Origin: Candidatus Latescibacterota bacterium
GTDB taxonomy: Bacteria > Latescibacterota > UBA2968 > UBA8231
NCBI GenBank assembly: GCA_965248265.1
Contig: CBDFJF010000001.1
Coordinates: 2,816,001-2,880,000, forward strand
Direction of reading: 5' to 3'
Length of the DNA stretch: 64,000 nucleotides
Every line of letters starts with the position of its first letter. Position 1 is the first letter of the stretch. Of the stretch, positions 9,356 to 18,989 are shown one piece after another. The notes under the pieces are model-generated. The model was not told the DNA's origin. It worked only from the letters and a program-made list of their open reading frames with translations, and did no database searches. The position numbers and the translations under genes are program-made.

Positions 9356-11260
9356 TTGAGATCGGTGCTGGCGCCCAGCTATCGCGCCTTGTTCATCGGC
9401 ATCATAGGCTGCCTCCTGTGTGGTGCCGGCTCCCAGTACACGGACATGATGTTGAAGCGGTCCGGTCTCACCGGATGGTTTTATACACCCGGCGCTCTGA
9501 TTCTTCTCCTGGTCGTCGTCCTCGCGGCTAATCCAATCGTGGGACTGGTGCGCCGCCGTTGGATGCTGTGCCCGGCCGAACTGGCGCAGATCTACGTCAT
9601 GATGATTATCGGCTCGGCCGTCTCCACCGATGGCTTCGTCTCCTATTTCCTTCCCCAGCTCACCAGTCCGACCTATTACGCCACCCCTGAAAACAACTGG
9701 GCCGTGGAGCTGCTGCCGCATGTTCCCCCGTGGTTGATCCCATCCTACCATTTGAAGGAGGTCAAGGACCTCTACGAGGGCACCCCCGGAGGCGTGCCGT
9801 GGAGCCTCTGGCTGCCCCCGATTCTGCGCTGGGTGCCGCTGGCCCTGTCCCTTCACCTGGCCATGATCACGATCATGGTGATCCTGCGCAAGCAGTGGGT
9901 CGAAAGGGAGCGGCTGGTCTTTCCGATGACCCAATTACCCGTCGCCATGATCCAGGACGGCGGGGATGAGTCACTGGTGAAGCCTTTCTTCAAGAACTGG
10001 GTGATGTGGCTCGGCTTTGCCATCCCCTTCCTGATTCAAACCAACAATGGTATGGTCCAGCATTTCGCCTGGTTGCCGCGGATCAACATCGGGGGGTCCT
10101 ACCTCTATTTTTTCGGGGATACGGTCAAGATCCTGATCGGCATGAACTTCATGATGGTCGGGTTCACCTACCTGGTCCGGCGTGAGGTTTCTCTGGGTCT
10201 GTGGGTCTTTGCCATGCTGGGCATGGCCCAAATCGCCATCTTCGCCGCGTTGGGAATCGATAAACACGAACCGATGTTCAGTGGTTTTTCATCCCGGGCC
10301 GGTGTCATCAACTCGCATCAGGGTTTTGGCGCCTTCATGGTGCTGGCCTTGTTCAGTCTGTGGAATGCCCGCGGCCACGTGAAACAAGTGCTGAACCAGG
10401 CGTTGGGCCGGGGGCCAAAGCTGGACGATTCCGACGAGGTGCTCTCGTATCGCGCCGCGGTTGCGGTACTGGCTGGCAGCCTGATTTTCATGTCTGTATG
10501 GATGTGGCTGACCGGCCTGCCGGCGTGGATCGTTCCACCCTTCCTGTTCCTGGCCTTCCTTCTGTTCCTTGGCATCACCCGAATCATCGCCGAGGGAGGT
10601 GTTCCGTACCTGTTCGCGCCGATGATCGCCTCCGACTTCATCGTCGGCGGCTTCGGCACACGGGCGCTGGGAGCAACCGGCATCGTTGCTCTTGCCTTCA
10701 CCTACATGTGGGCCAGCGATATCATCAATTTTGTGATGGTATCCTGCGCCAACGGCCTCAAGGTGGTCGAAGAGAGTGTGACCCGGAATCGCCGCCTGAT
10801 ATTCGGCAGCATGGTCGTGGCCCTGATAGTCTCCTTCGGCAGTTCGGTCTGGGTTTTATTGGAAGTAGCCTACAAGCACGGGGGGCTCAACACGTCGCAC
10901 TACTTTGCCGGTCAATCTTATCAACACTTCGACGACGCGCTTGTGCGGATCCAAGCATCTGTCGGGCCGCAGTGGGATTACTGGGGATACACCGCCATCG
11001 GCGGAGCCATCATGGGCGCGCTCATGCTGGTGCGCAACCACTTTCTGTGGTGGCCCATCCACCCGATCGGCTTTCCCATCAGCCTGGTCATGAACAAGAT
11101 GGTGGTGAGCGTGTTCATTGCCTGGCTCATCAAGAGCATCATTCTGGAGTACGGCGGACCCAGGTTGTTCAAACGGTTGCGACCTTTCTTCCTCGGACTG
11201 ATCCTCGGCGACTTCTTTCCGCTCGGCTTCAACATCCTGCTCGATGTGCTGGTAAGGTGA
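9356..11260 (+). CDS. Multi-pass membrane protein, DUF6785/DUF6784-like putative transporter
   Basis: About 15 hydrophobic segments; LRKQWVERERLVFP, WWPIHPIGF and YGG...RPFFLGLILG are typical of this family. Confidence 0.75.
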   Translation: MRSVLAPSYRALFIGIIGCLLCGAGSQYTDMMLKRSGLTGWFYTPGALILLLVVVLAANPIVGLVRRRWMLCPAELAQIYVMMIIGSAVSTDGFVSYFLPQLTSPTYYATPENNWAVELLPHVPPWLIPSYHLKEVKDLYEGTPGGVPWSLWLPPILRWVPLALSLHLAMITIMVILRKQWVERERLVFPMTQLPVAMIQDGGDESLVKPFFKNWVMWLGFAIPFLIQTNNGMVQHFAWLPRINIGGSYLYFFGDTVKILIGMNFMMVGFTYLVRREVSLGLWVFAMLGMAQIAIFAALGIDKHEPMFSGFSSRAGVINSHQGFGAFMVLALFSLWNARGHVKQVLNQALGRGPKLDDSDEVLSYRAAVAVLAGSLIFMSVWMWLTGLPAWIVPPFLFLAFLLFLGITRIIAEGGVPYLFAPMIASDFIVGGFGTRALGATGIVALAFTYMWASDIINFVMVSCANGLKVVEESVTRNRRLIFGSMVVALIVSFGSSVWVLLEVAYKHGGLNTSHYFAGQSYQHFDDALVRIQASVGPQWDYWGYTAIGGAIMGALMLVRNHFLWWPIHPIGFPISLVMNKMVVSVFIAWLIKSIILEYGGPRLFKRLRPFFLGLILGDFFPLGFNILLDVLVR

Positions 11261-11272
11261 TCGTCCGTAACG

Positions 11273-13795
11273 TCAGTCCTTGAGCGCTGTGTGGACCTTG
11301 GACCAGAGGATCTCGGAGTCGAACGGTTTCTGCAGGAAGCCGGCCAGTCCCTTGCCCGTAAACTGACTTATCGCCTCCTGCTCGTTGAATCCGCTCATCA
11401 GCAGAACCTTGACATTGGGAAATTGCTTGACCATTTCGCGAAGGGTTTCGACACCGTCCATGTCAGGCATCGTCAGGTCAAGGAGGACGACATCGAATCC
11501 GCCTCGCGCGGAGGCCATTTTGTCGAGTGCAACACGTCCGTTTTCGGCAACCACGACGTCGCAACCGCAGGCTTTCAATACTCGGGCCGACACAGTTCGA
11601 ACCGTTTCTTCGTCGTCTACCACCAGGATCGACCCGGTCTCCATGGTTTTCGACTCGAACTCTGGAGTCTTCGCCCCGACTTCGGCCTCCGGTTCTTCGC
11701 TACAGGGCAGGAGGATCTTGAAGGTGCTGCCCTTGTTTACCTCCGAATAGACCTCAAAGGCCCCCCCATGGCCACGCACGATGCCCAGGACGGCGGCGAG
11801 CCCCAATCCACGCCCGGTAAATTTGGTTGTGTAAAACGGGTCAAAGATCTTGGATCTGGTCTCTTCGTCCATGCCGCATCCATTGTCACCGACTTCGAGG
11901 GACACGTAGTCGCCTGCGGCAATGTCGGGCGACATAGCGCTGCCTGACCCGTATCCCTGTTTGGCTCGCAGTAAGCCTGTGCTGACGGTGATGAGACCGC
12001 TCTTGTTGCCGATCGCTTCGGATGCGTTGATAACCAGGTTGAGCACAATCTGCCTGATTTGAGAAGAGTCAGCTCTCACCAGGGGCAAATCCTCCTGCAA
12101 ATCGAACTTCAACGCCGCCTTCTTGCTGATCGACAGCTGCAGCAGGTGGTTCATGTCATCGATCAGAGCGCTCAAGCTAAGGTTGTCGACGATGAAGCGG
12201 CCCCGGCCTGAGTATGCCAGCATCTGCATACACAGGTCAGCGGCATGCCTGGTCGTGGTTTCGATATCTTCCATGTAGTGCAAGACCGGAGAGTCCTTGG
12301 GAAGCTCCATGCGACTGAGACTGGCGTTGCCGAGAATGCCGGTGAGCAGGTTGTTGAAATCGTGGGCGATGCCGCCCGCCAACAACCCGAGGCTTTCCAA
12401 CCGTTGCGTTTCCCGGAGCTTGTTGTCGATGGTCCGCTTTTCCTGCTCAGCGCGTTTGCGGTCAGTGATGTCAATGGACAGGACGAAGAAACCGAGTACC
12501 GTTTCATCAACATCGAAATGGGGTACGTAGCGGACCTCCAGGTGCCGAGCAATATCATCCTTGTCGGTAATAGTAGTCTCGAAGATCGCACTGTGACCTT
12601 GAAGGGCTGCTTCCGCATGTCCGGCGATAGCGTTAAACCCAGCCTCGCCAAGAACCTCACGAATGTGCTTGCCCTTGACCTCGTCTCGCGACAGACCGAA
12701 CCAATCCTCGTAACCTCGATTCGCGAACTGGTACCGTTTTTCCGTGTCCACGTAGGCAATCAGCGCCGGCATGGCATCGGTTATCAAGCGGTATTGCTGG
12801 CTGCCATGCTCCAGCTCTTCCTCCACCCGTTTGCGCTCTGTTATCTCACTCAGCAGTTGCTTGTTCGATGACATCAGCTCCGCAGTGCGCGTTTCGACCC
12901 GCTGTTCTAATTCAGTATGGGCTCGCTGTAGGGCTTCTTCGGCCTGCTTGCGTTTCGTGATGTCGATCCAACTGCCGACGACCTCGAGGGGATTGCCCTC
13001 CTCGTCGCAAATGAAGTTGAGCTCGTCGCGCATCCATCGGTAGGTTCCATCCTGGTGCATGAAGCGGTACTCCACGGAGTAGTTGCCGACCGGCGCGATG
13101 CCGTCCAACTCGGCGAAGATGCGAGTGCCGTCTTCAGGATGGAGGCGGCTGGCCCAGAAATCGGGATCGGCAACGAATTCCGAGGCTTCGTACCCGAGCA
13201 GGGAGGAAACATTCTCGCTGACAAAAGTCGCCGCAAAGTCCCCTGATGGTTTGGCGGTGTACACGGTAGCAGGGCTTGCGCTGAGCAGGTATTGCAGGCG
13301 TGATTGTAACTCTTTGGCCTCTTGCTCGGCTGCCCAGCGCAAAGTGATGTTTTCGAAGCACACAGCCACAGTTCGTTCGTCTAACGGAATGGCCACCACC
13401 GACCAAACAGCACTCGTAACATGCTCGTCGCCGTAGTGGAAATAGGGCAGGGTTTGAGCCTGTCTGGTATCCAGAGCCGTCTTGAAGGAGGCCGGAATAT
13501 CGGTGTCCAGGAGCTCGGGATTACTTTCTCTCATGGTCTTGCCGACCAAGAGTTCATCTGACATACCCGACAGCTGTACGGCGGTCTTGTTTCTGAACAT
13601 GGCGCGAAAGGAACCCAGATCGGACGCGTCAACCAGCTCATATACCGTAACGCCGACGGGAAGTCGGTCGAACAGGGACTGTAGGAATTCGTGGGAGGCG
13701 CTTGGGGAAGGCGAGCTGTCGGATTGCTCAGTCAAATCAGATCTTTCGGGGTTCACGGATTTGCCGAAAATCTGAAACGGGCAACGCACCCTCAC
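11273..13795 (-). CDS. Hybrid sensor histidine kinase (three PAS + HisKA + HATPase + REC), CckA-like
   Basis: LAGGIAHDFNNLL H-box, QIVLNLVINASEA, DNGCGM, FDPFYTTK, GRGLGL; REC domain LVVDDE...LLDLTMPDMDG...FLQKPF. Exact start uncertain. Confidence 0.92.
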   Translation of the reverse strand: MRVRCPFQIFGKSVNPERSDLTEQSDSSPSPSASHEFLQSLFDRLPVGVTVYELVDASDLGSFRAMFRNKTAVQLSGMSDELLVGKTMRESNPELLDTDIPASFKTALDTRQAQTLPYFHYGDEHVTSAVWSVVAIPLDERTVAVCFENITLRWAAEQEAKELQSRLQYLLSASPATVYTAKPSGDFAATFVSENVSSLLGYEASEFVADPDFWASRLHPEDGTRIFAELDGIAPVGNYSVEYRFMHQDGTYRWMRDELNFICDEEGNPLEVVGSWIDITKRKQAEEALQRAHTELEQRVETRTAELMSSNKQLLSEITERKRVEEELEHGSQQYRLITDAMPALIAYVDTEKRYQFANRGYEDWFGLSRDEVKGKHIREVLGEAGFNAIAGHAEAALQGHSAIFETTITDKDDIARHLEVRYVPHFDVDETVLGFFVLSIDITDRKRAEQEKRTIDNKLRETQRLESLGLLAGGIAHDFNNLLTGILGNASLSRMELPKDSPVLHYMEDIETTTRHAADLCMQMLAYSGRGRFIVDNLSLSALIDDMNHLLQLSISKKAALKFDLQEDLPLVRADSSQIRQIVLNLVINASEAIGNKSGLITVSTGLLRAKQGYGSGSAMSPDIAAGDYVSLEVGDNGCGMDEETRSKIFDPFYTTKFTGRGLGLAAVLGIVRGHGGAFEVYSEVNKGSTFKILLPCSEEPEAEVGAKTPEFESKTMETGSILVVDDEETVRTVSARVLKACGCDVVVAENGRVALDKMASARGGFDVVLLDLTMPDMDGVETLREMVKQFPNVKVLLMSGFNEQEAISQFTGKGLAGFLQKPFDSEILWSKVHTALKD

Positions 13796-13940
13796 AGAGG
13801 GCTGAGGCTAAGGCGGGCGCCAGAATATAGCGCCGGGGCGACCATGGCAACAGGCTGCCGGTGGCACGACTGAACCCTGTCTATTGATAGTCGTGCCGCT
13901 GACCCCTACACTCCTCCCCTCACCTCAAGGAGATAATACC

Positions 13941-14246
13941 ATGATCGGACAACTGCGCATATACACCATCAACGCCGGCATGATGGACAGCTGGCTCAAG
14001 GCCTTCGAGGAGGATATCGTCCCCCGCGTCAAGGAAGTCGGCATGGGCGTGCACACGGCCTGGGTCAATGAAGACCGGACCCAGTTCATCTGGATCCGCA
14101 CCTACGACAGCGTTGAGGACATCGAAGTCAAGGAGGCCGCGCTCTACGGAACACAGTGGTGGGCGGAAAACGTCGACCGACTGCGCGCCCACCATGCCCA
14201 CCGCGAGGTCAAAATCATCGAGCCTTTCCTGCCGGATGGAGCCTAG
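13941..14246 (+). CDS. NIPSNAP family protein
   Basis: QLRIYTINAGMMDSW...FIWIRTY; RBS AAGGAG before ATG 13941. Confidence 0.8.
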   Translation: MIGQLRIYTINAGMMDSWLKAFEEDIVPRVKEVGMGVHTAWVNEDRTQFIWIRTYDSVEDIEVKEAALYGTQWWAENVDRLRAHHAHREVKIIEPFLPDGA

Positions 14247-14255
14247 GAGATCGAG

Positions 14256-15360
14256 ATGACGGTGAGTACGGAAGATCGCGGTTCACGCATCCGCATCACC
14301 ACCTTGCGGGCCATCAACGTCGGCGGCAAAGGCTATGTTAAGATCGAGACCAACATGGACGTCGTCGGTTGGGGCGAGATCAATAATATGGACACCAAAG
14401 TCGCCTGCGCTTTGGCCGAGTCGCTGTCTGAGATACTCATTGGCGAAAATCCGACGCGGATCGAGCACCTGTGGCAGCGGATGTTTCGGTCCCATCGCAA
14501 CATCCGCGGAGGTGGCCTCATGGTGCACACGATTTCCGGCATCGACATGGCTCTGTGGGACATCACTGGCAAGCTGTGGGGCGTTCCCGTCTACCGTCTG
14601 ATGGGCGGTCCGGTGCGCGACAAGATCTGGAAGTACCCTTCGCCGAAGGGGATCAAGATAAGTCCCCCTGGTGGACCCCTTTACCATGCCGGCACTCCTG
14701 CTGAGATCGAAACATGTGTCGCCGCCGTGCATGAGGCCCGCAAAAAGGTCGGTCCCGACGGCGCCGTCATGTTCGATGCCCACAGTCGGATGCCGGCCGC
14801 CTTCGTCAAACAGTTTGCGGCACAGCTCAAGCCGGACGACCTGCTGTTTCTTGAAGAGGCCTGGGTGCCCGGCAACATCGAGGTCATGCGCCGGGTGCGG
14901 GAAACGGTGCCGGTGCCACTGGCCACGGGCGAGCGCGACCGCACCATCTGGGAGGTGCGTGAAATCCTCGAAGCCCAGGTCATCGACATCCTGCAACCCG
15001 ATGTCGGCCATACGGGAGGCCTGACGCAATTCAGAAAAATCGGCACTCTGTGTGAGGCCCATCATGTACCGGTGGCACCGCACTGCACCATGTCCTACCT
15101 GGGGCTGACCGCCAGCCTGCACGCCCTCGGCCTGCGTCCCCTACTTCCTCATCCACGAGGGCTACGACGGCGTCCTCCCCGACGGCATCGCCAACAAGAC
15201 CTGGGAGATGGACGACGAAGGATACACCAGTCTGCCCGAGGGACCAGGGCTCGGCGTCGAGATCGACGAAGCCAAGGCGATCGAGCACGGCAAGAATCCC
15301 GCCAACGCCTTCGAGTGGCCGGACCACCGCCTGCGCGACGGCTCCGTGTCGGATTACTAG
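14256..15360 (+). pseudogene. Mandelate racemase/galactonate dehydratase-like enolase superfamily gene with +1 frameshift near 15126
   Basis: SGIDMALWDITGK, MFDAH, FLEE, ATGER, QPD, APH. The family-like C-terminus (SACVPYFLIHEGY...LPEGPGLGVEIDE...RDGSVSDY*) is in another frame, ending TAG 15360 one base before the next ATG. Confidence 0.8.
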
Positions 15361-15361
15361 A

Positions 15362-17044
15362 ATGCGGGTGAAACTCGATCAGGCTGTCGAAGCCCGCGAT
15401 GGGGTACGTCTGTCGGCGGATGTCTACCTGCCAGCTGCCGACGGACCGTTTCCGGTGCTGGCCGCGAGGACGATCCAGGACAATCAAGCGTCTGAGGCGA
15501 TTGAATGGGTGGCGCGGTTCATCAAAGCTGGCTACGCCGTCGTCATCCAGGATTGTCGCGGCCGCTTCCACTCGGACGGCGACTGGGACCCCTACGTGAA
15601 CGAAACGGCCGATGGCCACGACACGCTAGAGTGGATCAGTTCACAACAATGGTGCGATGGCAACGTCGGCATGTTTGGGAGCGGCTACATGGGCTATGTA
15701 CAGACTCGCGCTGCCCTCGGTGATACCAAGGTCCTCAAGGCGATCGCTCCCTCTTCCTCCCAGCAGGACAACTTCGGATACTGGTTCACACACGGACCCT
15801 TTCAATGGCACACTGCGTTGAATTTTCTGGAAACCGCAGGGAGCGCATCGCAGACGGGCGCGCTGTCGCTCGTCAACCGGGAAGAGTTGTGGTCGCGACT
15901 GCCCCTGGCGACTGCCCTCGATGAAGTCGCCGAGGTTCCGTTCTTCAAGAAAGCGCTCGAACACAATCGCTACGACGAATTCTGGAAAGACGACAGCCTG
16001 CTGGATCGCTACGGCCGCATCCAGGTACCGGCTCTGTTCATCACGGGCTGGTACGATGTGTTGTTGAATGAAACCGTGCAGATGTTTCAAGGGTTTACAG
16101 CCAACGCCGGCACCGAGGAGGCGCGCAGCAGGAGCAAGCTCGTCATCGGACCGTGGCACAGCGGCAACCTGGGGTCTGGCCTGCCTTCAGGTGACTTCGA
16201 TTTCGGACCGGACTCGGGCCTTGATCTGGCGGCAGAGCATCTGCGCTGGTACGATCAGCGGCTGCGGGGAGTGAGTACCGGCATCGACGACGAGCCGCCC
16301 GTGCGGATCTTTACGATGGGTGAAAACGTCTGGCGCTTCGAGAACGAGTGGCCGCCCGCCAGCATGAACTACAGGAAATTCTTCCTGCATGGTGATGGAC
16401 ACGCCAATTCCGTGTCCGGGGATGGGTGCCTGGATTTCGAGCGCTGTGGTGACACCGAACGGGTCGACGAATTCATTTACGATCCAGCGAATCCGGTCCC
16501 GACGTTTGGCGGTAACATCGGACAGCTTGCGGGGACTGTGGCGGGCGCAGTGGATCGGCGTTCCATCCAGCAGCGGGATGACATCCTCGTCTACGATACG
16601 GATGTACTGCCGGAGGATCTCGAGGTTACCGGGTCGCCCCTGGTGACGCTTTGGGCCTCCAGTGACTGCACGGATACCGACTTCGCCGCGACGGTCTGCG
16701 ACGTGCACGAGGACGGCCGTGCCATCATCATCTGCGAGGGCATGGTGCGCACCCGCTTCAGCCAGGAGAGACAGGACCCGACCGCCAGTCGTGAGAATCC
16801 CAAGCTGGCCGTCCCGGACCTACCCAGCAAGTACTTCGTGTCTCTGTGGCACACCAGCATGGTGTTCAAGGCCGGACACCGCATCCGCCTGGAGTTGACC
16901 AGCAGTAACTTTCCGCGCTTCGACCGAAATCCCAACACCGGCCACGACCTGGGTGTCGATGCGAAGATGCGTCTGGCCAATAACAAGGTCTATCACAACA
17001 CCGATCACCCGACACACCTAACCTTACCGGTGGTCGAGCGCTAG
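15362..17044 (+). CDS. CocE/NonD family hydrolase (catalytic residues appear altered)
   Basis: RDGVRLSADVYLP, QDCRGRFHSDG, WCDGNVGMFG, GWYD, IGPW, YDPANPVPT, SSNFPRFDRNPNTG. Confidence 0.9.
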   Translation: MRVKLDQAVEARDGVRLSADVYLPAADGPFPVLAARTIQDNQASEAIEWVARFIKAGYAVVIQDCRGRFHSDGDWDPYVNETADGHDTLEWISSQQWCDGNVGMFGSGYMGYVQTRAALGDTKVLKAIAPSSSQQDNFGYWFTHGPFQWHTALNFLETAGSASQTGALSLVNREELWSRLPLATALDEVAEVPFFKKALEHNRYDEFWKDDSLLDRYGRIQVPALFITGWYDVLLNETVQMFQGFTANAGTEEARSRSKLVIGPWHSGNLGSGLPSGDFDFGPDSGLDLAAEHLRWYDQRLRGVSTGIDDEPPVRIFTMGENVWRFENEWPPASMNYRKFFLHGDGHANSVSGDGCLDFERCGDTERVDEFIYDPANPVPTFGGNIGQLAGTVAGAVDRRSIQQRDDILVYDTDVLPEDLEVTGSPLVTLWASSDCTDTDFAATVCDVHEDGRAIIICEGMVRTRFSQERQDPTASRENPKLAVPDLPSKYFVSLWHTSMVFKAGHRIRLELTSSNFPRFDRNPNTGHDLGVDAKMRLANNKVYHNTDHPTHLTLPVVER

Positions 17045-17048
17045 AAAA

Positions 17049-17771
17049 TCAATCCGCTTCGCTGGCCTTCAATCCACCCCAGCTGCCCTCCTCTACCGCC
17101 GTCTCCGAATCGATGGCAAAGCAGTAGAACAACCCATCACCTCCCGTGCCCTCCAGGTCTGACTGGCTACAGCCCCTCGACGCGTGCGCCGAGTTCCACG
17201 ACGTCGGGTCGGCACCTCCACCGGTGCGGTCGTGGTGGCCGAGTTGGGCGCTGCCGACATTGCTGCTCGTCCACCCTTCACAAGTCAGGTCGTCGTCTCC
17301 TTCGAAGGCCGTCCCGTCCTGCCGTGAGCCGGTGAGGATGTCGTGGCGATTGGGACTGTCGCCGCGGCCATTGACGATGCCGCCACCCTCGGTCAGTCCC
17401 GTCTCCTTGTTGAGGTTGTTGTTGTCGCCGTGCAGATCTTCGACGCTGCCGGCGATCAGCACCCCCTCGGCGTTGTACCAGGGGCCCGAGCCAATGCGAT
17501 CACGCGCGTGGGTTACACCGTTCTCGCCCGTGTCGCTCAGGTAAGCACGCCAGGTGAGATCGCCACCACCCACCGGCTCGGCCAATGTCTGACAATAGGC
17601 ATCGGCCCCAGCCAGGCCGCCCAGATCGGCACCGTTGCCGGGACCATCGCTGGTGATGAAGAAGGTCATCCGATTCCCCATCTCATCTTGAGCGAGAACG
17701 GAGATCCCCGCTATCAGCACGGCCATGCTCACGGCGACTGGTACCGGAACAAGAGTATGATTGGATTTCAT
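17049..17771 (-). CDS. Secreted endostatin/C-type-lectin-like fold protein with C-terminal TAVE..SWGxLK motif
   Basis: Signal peptide; FFITS.GPG.GADLGGLAGADAYCQ.LA, WRAYLS, ARDRIG.GPWYN, HDILTGS, SWNSAH.SRGCS, GLFYCFA; RBS GGAG before ATG 17771. Confidence 0.8.
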   Translation of the reverse strand: MKSNHTLVPVPVAVSMAVLIAGISVLAQDEMGNRMTFFITSDGPGNGADLGGLAGADAYCQTLAEPVGGGDLTWRAYLSDTGENGVTHARDRIGSGPWYNAEGVLIAGSVEDLHGDNNNLNKETGLTEGGGIVNGRGDSPNRHDILTGSRQDGTAFEGDDDLTCEGWTSSNVGSAQLGHHDRTGGGADPTSWNSAHASRGCSQSDLEGTGGDGLFYCFAIDSETAVEEGSWGGLKASEAD

Positions 17772-17966
17772 CTCTGAGACTCCATGATTCAAACTGAGTA
17801 TGCACCGATCGTCATCACGCTACCTGGACTTACTTCCATATCCATGCCAAATGCCCGCGCGTAGACGCGCGTGACATCGTTGAGGTTCCCGCACATGGCC
17901 CGCGCCGTGATCGCCAGCAGCGTCCACAGGGTATTCTGGTTCATCGATGATTCGATCAGGCTTGGT

Positions 17967-18833
17967 TCAATCCGAGAATATCTCCTCCAGGAAGCGATCC
18001 AACTCGGCCCAGCTCTTTTGATCCGCGCTCTCATTGTAAGCCAGTGGCATCTTCAGCGCTTCCCCCACCACCGTCGCTCCCGGGTTGGTGAATGAGTGTA
18101 CGGCCCCGGGGTAGGCGATCAGCTTCATGTCGACCTTAGCCTGCTCCATCTCTTTCTTAAAGGTTTCCACTTGCTCGGGGGGAATGAGCGGGTCATCAGC
18201 GCCATGGAGGACGAGAACCCGAGCCTTGACGGCGCCCTGCACGGCTGGCGTCTGCGTCGACAGGTTTCCGTGGAAGCTGGCAACACCGTCGAGGTCGGCA
18301 CCGGCCCGTGCCATGTGCAGGACGACGGCGCCACCGAAACAATAGCCGATTGCTGCCGTCTTGGTTTTGTCCGTGGTAACATGGTCACGCAAAATCTTGT
18401 GCGCTGCTTCGAAGCGAGCCTCGGCCGCAGCGATGTTGCCGAGTACCTCCATCATGAATTTCTGTGCATCCCCGGGATGCTGGGCCAGCTTGCCGTCACC
18501 GTACATGTCCAGGGCGAAGGCCGTGTAGCCCATCTCCGCCAGCATCCGTGCTCGGGTGCGTACGTAGTCGTTGTGTCCCCACCATTCATGCACGACCAGA
18601 ACACCCGGGCGCTTGCCGGGAAGAGTCTGGTCGTGGGCCATGAACCCCTTCAGTTTGACGCCACCGACCTCGTAGGAGACTTCCCTTGTGAGTACCTGCG
18701 ATTCCAACAACCATCCCATCCATCCCTTTAGTTTGACGCCGTCGACCTGATCGGCGGATTCTTCTTCGCTCCAAGCCGTTGTGGCGAAGACCAGTACGAT
18801 CAATTGGTGGAGGATGAAGATCCTGTGAGTCAT
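17967..18833 (-). CDS. Dienelactone hydrolase family protein with signal peptide
   Basis: VLVVHEWWG, AIGYCFGG, SFHG, HGADDP, YPGAVHSFTNP. Confidence 0.92.
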   Translation of the reverse strand: MTHRIFILHQLIVLVFATTAWSEEESADQVDGVKLKGWMGWLLESQVLTREVSYEVGGVKLKGFMAHDQTLPGKRPGVLVVHEWWGHNDYVRTRARMLAEMGYTAFALDMYGDGKLAQHPGDAQKFMMEVLGNIAAAEARFEAAHKILRDHVTTDKTKTAAIGYCFGGAVVLHMARAGADLDGVASFHGNLSTQTPAVQGAVKARVLVLHGADDPLIPPEQVETFKKEMEQAKVDMKLIAYPGAVHSFTNPGATVVGEALKMPLAYNESADQKSWAELDRFLEEIFSD

Positions 18834-18989
18834 GGCTCTTCCCTTTCCTTCAGCTACCCTGCGCGGGTACCGGTTGCAGGGAGAAGACTGTTCGGTTGTT
18901 ATTGACCCTTCTAACTCTGGCCGACAAAGTACCGCGCTGACACGTCAGGGTCCATTTGGTAAATATCAGTCAACCTGGAGGTTTATTTC

